A stretch of 64,000 nucleotides of DNA from Neoconidiobolus thromboides FSU 785 (lineage: Eukaryota > Fungi > Entomophthoromycota), in NCBI GenBank assembly GCA_025603075.1, contig MU626273.1, positions 62,001-126,000 of the forward strand, written 5' to 3'. Positions within the stretch are counted from its first letter, which is position 1; each line of letters opens with the position of its first letter. This document shows, piece by piece, positions 62,501-64,000 of the stretch. The notes under the pieces were generated by a model. The model was not told the DNA's origin. It searched no databases and was given only the letters and a program-made list of their open reading frames with translations. The position numbers and the translations under genes were made by a program.

Positions 62501-64000
62501 GCTTTTCGTGCAAAAGTTAATTCTTCAACTTTGACTTGTTTTTCAACAACTTTTTCATTTTCTTTTTCAATTAAATTTTGTCTTGATATATCCTTTTCTT
62601 GTATTAATGGAAAGGGTGTACTCTTATTTGTATAATTAACATTATAATCAGCTGTATTGGCAATTGAATTGTTATTATTAATATTGTTTTTTAATTGAGA
62701 TTCTAATAAATAAAAGGTTGATAAGCTTAGATTAATATATTTATCATTAATTATATAATCCATATTTAAATGTAAATTAAATTGAGATAAATCGTTGTTA
62801 GGTAATATTGATTGATATCGAGTATTAAATTCTTCATTTAGAAATTGAATTTTAAATTTATTAGATTGAGATTGAATTAAATTAATATTTTGAAATATAT
62901 TATGAATTTCATTATTATTATTATTTAAATTATAATCAAAATGAAAATGATACCAAGTTTGATTATTGTTTAACGCTTCTAATAAGTTAATGAAACCTTG
63001 ACAATATCTTTCACTTTTTATATTTGATTTTTCAATTCTAGCTTGAAATAAAGACATATTTTTATTAGTATAATTTTTATTTTTAATATACAAATTGTTA
63101 TTTGATAGCTGAATTAATTGTAATAAATCTTCATTTAGTTGATTTTGTTGAATAAAATCTTTAGTTTCATATTCAATATTTTTTCCCAAATAATTATTTA
63201 ACATAAATTGATTATGATTGGATATTATTAATTCATTGCCTAATTTTTGACTTAATTTAATCATTAATTTATTCTCTTTATTCTTATTTTTATTTTTAAC
63301 TAAATATTCTTCACTGGATAAACTTAATTCATTAATAATTTGTATTATATTAAAATAAAGATCTGACTCATTTTCAATAATTGAATGATTTTGATGAAAA
63401 TATTGAATATATTTTAACATATTAAATTCATTAAACAATAATTCTATTTCATTATTATTATAATTACTTGTATTATTAATTAATAAATAATTTAAATGAT
63501 TAGAATATTCTTTTTTACAAATCCATTTTTGATTTAATTTAAATATTAATTGGTCAAATAGTTGAGTTATAATTGATCTTGATAATAGCAATAATCGATA
63601 ATAAATTTGGCTTTGATTTAAATAAATAGAATAATTTTGTTTTGTATTATTGATATCTTTTTTAATAATAAATTGAATCAAATCTTCTATATTAATATTT
63701 AATAAGATTGCTAAATGTTGTAATAATGAATTTTCAATTAATTGCACTCCATCGTTATCTTGTTGTATATTTAAATTCTTAAAATAGTAAGATATTGAAA
63801 TCATTTCCATAATTTTCTCCCATTCGTTTTCAAACCCCAAATTAATTAATGCTTCTTTAAAATGATGAAAATGAACTTTATTATCATGAGAGGATGAAAG
63901 CTCATTTAAATTATTCAAATCTCCTTTAATATTGTTCAATTCTTTTTCAAACCCAAATAAAATCCAATAATAAACTTCTTCTTTAATTTGGTAATTTAAT
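59533..64000 (-). CDS. Chitin synthase with myosin-motor-like N-terminus, cytochrome-b5-like domains and DEK_C (class V/VII), 5' end outside window
   Basis: QVPCYTEG, GNRGKRDSQ, LMVDADT, LGEDRYLTT and SQRRRWINST motifs; AWREK; DEK_C VDLMKVSKKQIRE. The frame stays open to the window edge. Confidence 0.95.
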   Translation of the reverse strand, partial: LNYQIKEEVYYWILFGFEKELNNIKGDLNNLNELSSSHDNKVHFHHFKEALINLGFENEWEKIMEMISISYYFKNLNIQQDNDGVQLIENSLLQHLAILLNINIEDLIQFIIKKDINNTKQNYSIYLNQSQIYYRLLLLSRSIITQLFDQLIFKLNQKWICKKEYSNHLNYLLINNTSNYNNNEIELLFNEFNMLKYIQYFHQNHSIIENESDLYFNIIQIINELSLSSEEYLVKNKNKNKENKLMIKLSQKLGNELIISNHNQFMLNNYLGKNIEYETKDFIQQNQLNEDLLQLIQLSNNNLYIKNKNYTNKNMSLFQARIEKSNIKSERYCQGFINLLEALNNNQTWYHFHFDYNLNNNNNEIHNIFQNINLIQSQSNKFKIQFLNEEFNTRYQSILPNNDLSQFNLHLNMDYIINDKYINLSLSTFYLLESQLKNNINNNNSIANTADYNVNYTNKSTPFPLIQEKDISRQNLIEKENEKVVEKQVKVEELTFARKAWLRVTWLMTWWIPTCCIRRRMDRPDVQMAWREKVAICVLIVWSWIVILFVNIGLGLILCPPDKVWLPEEIKTLQGPDDLGVYMYGVVYDITNFAQQRHGKSINPAGVDPDTMYQFGGQDVTSSFPVPLYIACPDYVTDSGFKLWTNTSDDTLTSQYFVHDSGPLTQYPATSLKDPNWFYSKALPQLKNLKKGEVAFDFKTLSDYRKAGYKQWGAINNKVYDLTPYIQTINEPQFQTQVPGAPKADFLPNTIAQIFNNDSPAKDADLTTLFNTKSGLSDSEKKKVMSCLDRAFYVGKLDPRSSVRCQLTNILLLVSSGIILLVTLVKFLAALQLSSKREPMDYDKFVICQVPCYTEGEDSIRRTLESLALLNYDDKHKLIFVIADGMIIGSGNDKPTPKIVVDVLGVDPSLDPEPFCYKAIGDGSKQLNYAKVYSGLYMVEGRSVPYIVVAKVGKPSERNRPGNRGKRDSQILLMNFLNRVHFDAPMTPLDLEIYHQLKNVIGVDPSLYEYVLMVDADTEVMQDSLTRLIAVMTRDAKVIGLCGETCLSNENQSITTMMQVYEYYISHNLAKAFESLFGAVTCLPGCFCMYRIKTGRNQPLIISNQVIKDYSENIVDTLHKKNLLHLGEDRYLTTLMLKHFPTYKMKYTPDAQCKTVAPERFEVLLSQRRRWINSTIHNLFELVFLNEMCGFCCFSMRFVVFLDLVGTLILPATVIYLIYIIVAAATGFQYISTYSIIIMCSAYILQALIFIIKQQWQHIGWMVFYLLGMGLFNFYIPIYSFWHFDDFSWGNTRVVLGDDGKKQIINEEEETFDPNSIPYIKWSEHEQLIWENQTVYSNQLPIPQHFPHDQFIRDSTISLSQPPPLNQNIHYPQNDMFTRDSTISFQHQMQARESQLYHHEQQLPYSPYPMSTLGYNSNTINTNNEANVEDYLYNELVVILDSVDLMKVSKKQIREILQNKNPQLDLTNMKEFISNAIDAIIEDRRVGG

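Overview
AT-rich eukaryotic DNA with short (about 45-70 nt) GT-AG introns. The gene content (myosin-motor chitin synthase, P2C-type Na/K-like ATPases, secreted tyrosinases, cAMP-receptor-like GPCR) points to an early-diverging fungus, possibly Zoopagomycota; this is inferred, not determined. I can support about 20 protein genes: two tyrosinases, an Rkm5-like methyltransferase, a UBL-BAG protein, an Rds1/ferritin-like protein, RPP1, SDH4, an AVT3-like transporter, a PHD protein, CUL4, a GPCR, ArgRS, MIP1, MCR1, a hybrid histidine kinase, two tandem P2C ATPases (each with an assembly gap), OAC1, a Mad3/Bub1-TPR protein and a class V/VII chitin synthase cut by the window end. There is also a truncated GPCR pseudogene. 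The main non-coding signal is a roughly 98-bp non-autonomous TIR element (MITE) with GGGGATGT...ACATCCCC ends, present 23 times (19 with both ends). Sixteen of those 19 have a perfect 4-bp target-site duplication, mostly AWWT, which fits the Sola superfamily. The element inserts into its own TSD to build tandem arrays, has entered a CUL4 intron, shows two-strand CpG decay, and carries a 48-nt intron-like cassette (GT...TACTAAC...AG). A second, cloverleaf-folding 136-bp TIR element abuts the GPCR pseudogene. I found no transposase, tRNA, rRNA or CRISPR array. All alignments and counts were done by eye.
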